64,000 bases of DNA from a virus (lineage: Duplodnaviria > Caudoviricetes), in the IMG/VR virus record IMGVR_UViG_3300005805_000078, positions 6,707 to 70,706 of that record; one strand, 5' to 3'. The position numbers and the translations under genes are program-made. This document shows positions 63,917 through 64,000 of this stretch, piece by piece. Numbering within the stretch: position 1 is the stretch's first letter; each line of letters begins with the position of its first letter. The notes under the pieces are model-generated. The model made no database searches. It was not told the origin of the DNA and saw only the letters and a program-made list of their open reading frames with translations.

Positions 63917-64000
63917 ACGAACGGATTCGAAAATTAGCATTAGAAACTGATGTCTGGTGTGACCAAAATTGGGCTGGCCATGAATTATATAATATTAAGT
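63913..64000 (+). CDS. MNERI-family protein, truncated by the window end
   Basis: MNERIRKLALE. Confidence 0.7.
   Translation, partial: MNERIRKLALETDVWCDQNWAGHELYNIK

Noticed and set aside
1-64000. Genome-wide TGA or TAG recoding
   Set aside because: Core genes end at TGA, TAA or TAG at expected lengths; only one internal TGA was found
62233-64000. Diversity-generating retroelement target
   Set aside because: No reverse transcriptase or TR/VR pair; variation is not adenine-specific

Overview
64 kb of a large T4-like (myovirus-type) phage genome. It probably infects a Gram-negative, likely betaproteobacterial, host; this is inferred from the spanin pair and the PstS type. (1) 1-35 kb, about 33% GC, + strand: core genes gp43, uvsX, gp40, gp41, gp61, thyX, nrdA/trx/nrdB and a vWA protease. 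Between gp41 and gp61 lie a sugar-modification cluster, a block of proteins with T4-like capsid-targeting N-termini (including acidic-linker polyproteins, one carrying a HicA-like module) and a GH19/spanin/holin lysis cassette. (2) 35-37.3 kb: 2OG-Fe(II) oxygenase, pstS and a terminator. (3) 37.4-39.1 kb: an island almost devoid of GG/CC dinucleotides, including 1060 consecutive bp with none. Its small acidic ORFs largely lack Gly/Pro/Trp, and it is bounded by a G-rich purine tract on the left and an inverted-repeat plus 5-iteron cluster on the right. (4) 38-53 kb: an array of short gene cassettes separated by 21 copies of a palindrome (GTYGACC-N5-GGTCRAC). Most copies sit on or next to the upstream stop codon and directly before a sigma70 promoter. 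(5) 53-64 kb: AAA ATPases, a MoxR-type ATPase and a tandem array of MNERI-family paralogs. No tRNA, CRISPR array, integrase or reverse transcriptase was recognised. All family assignments come from motif recognition by eye, not database searches.
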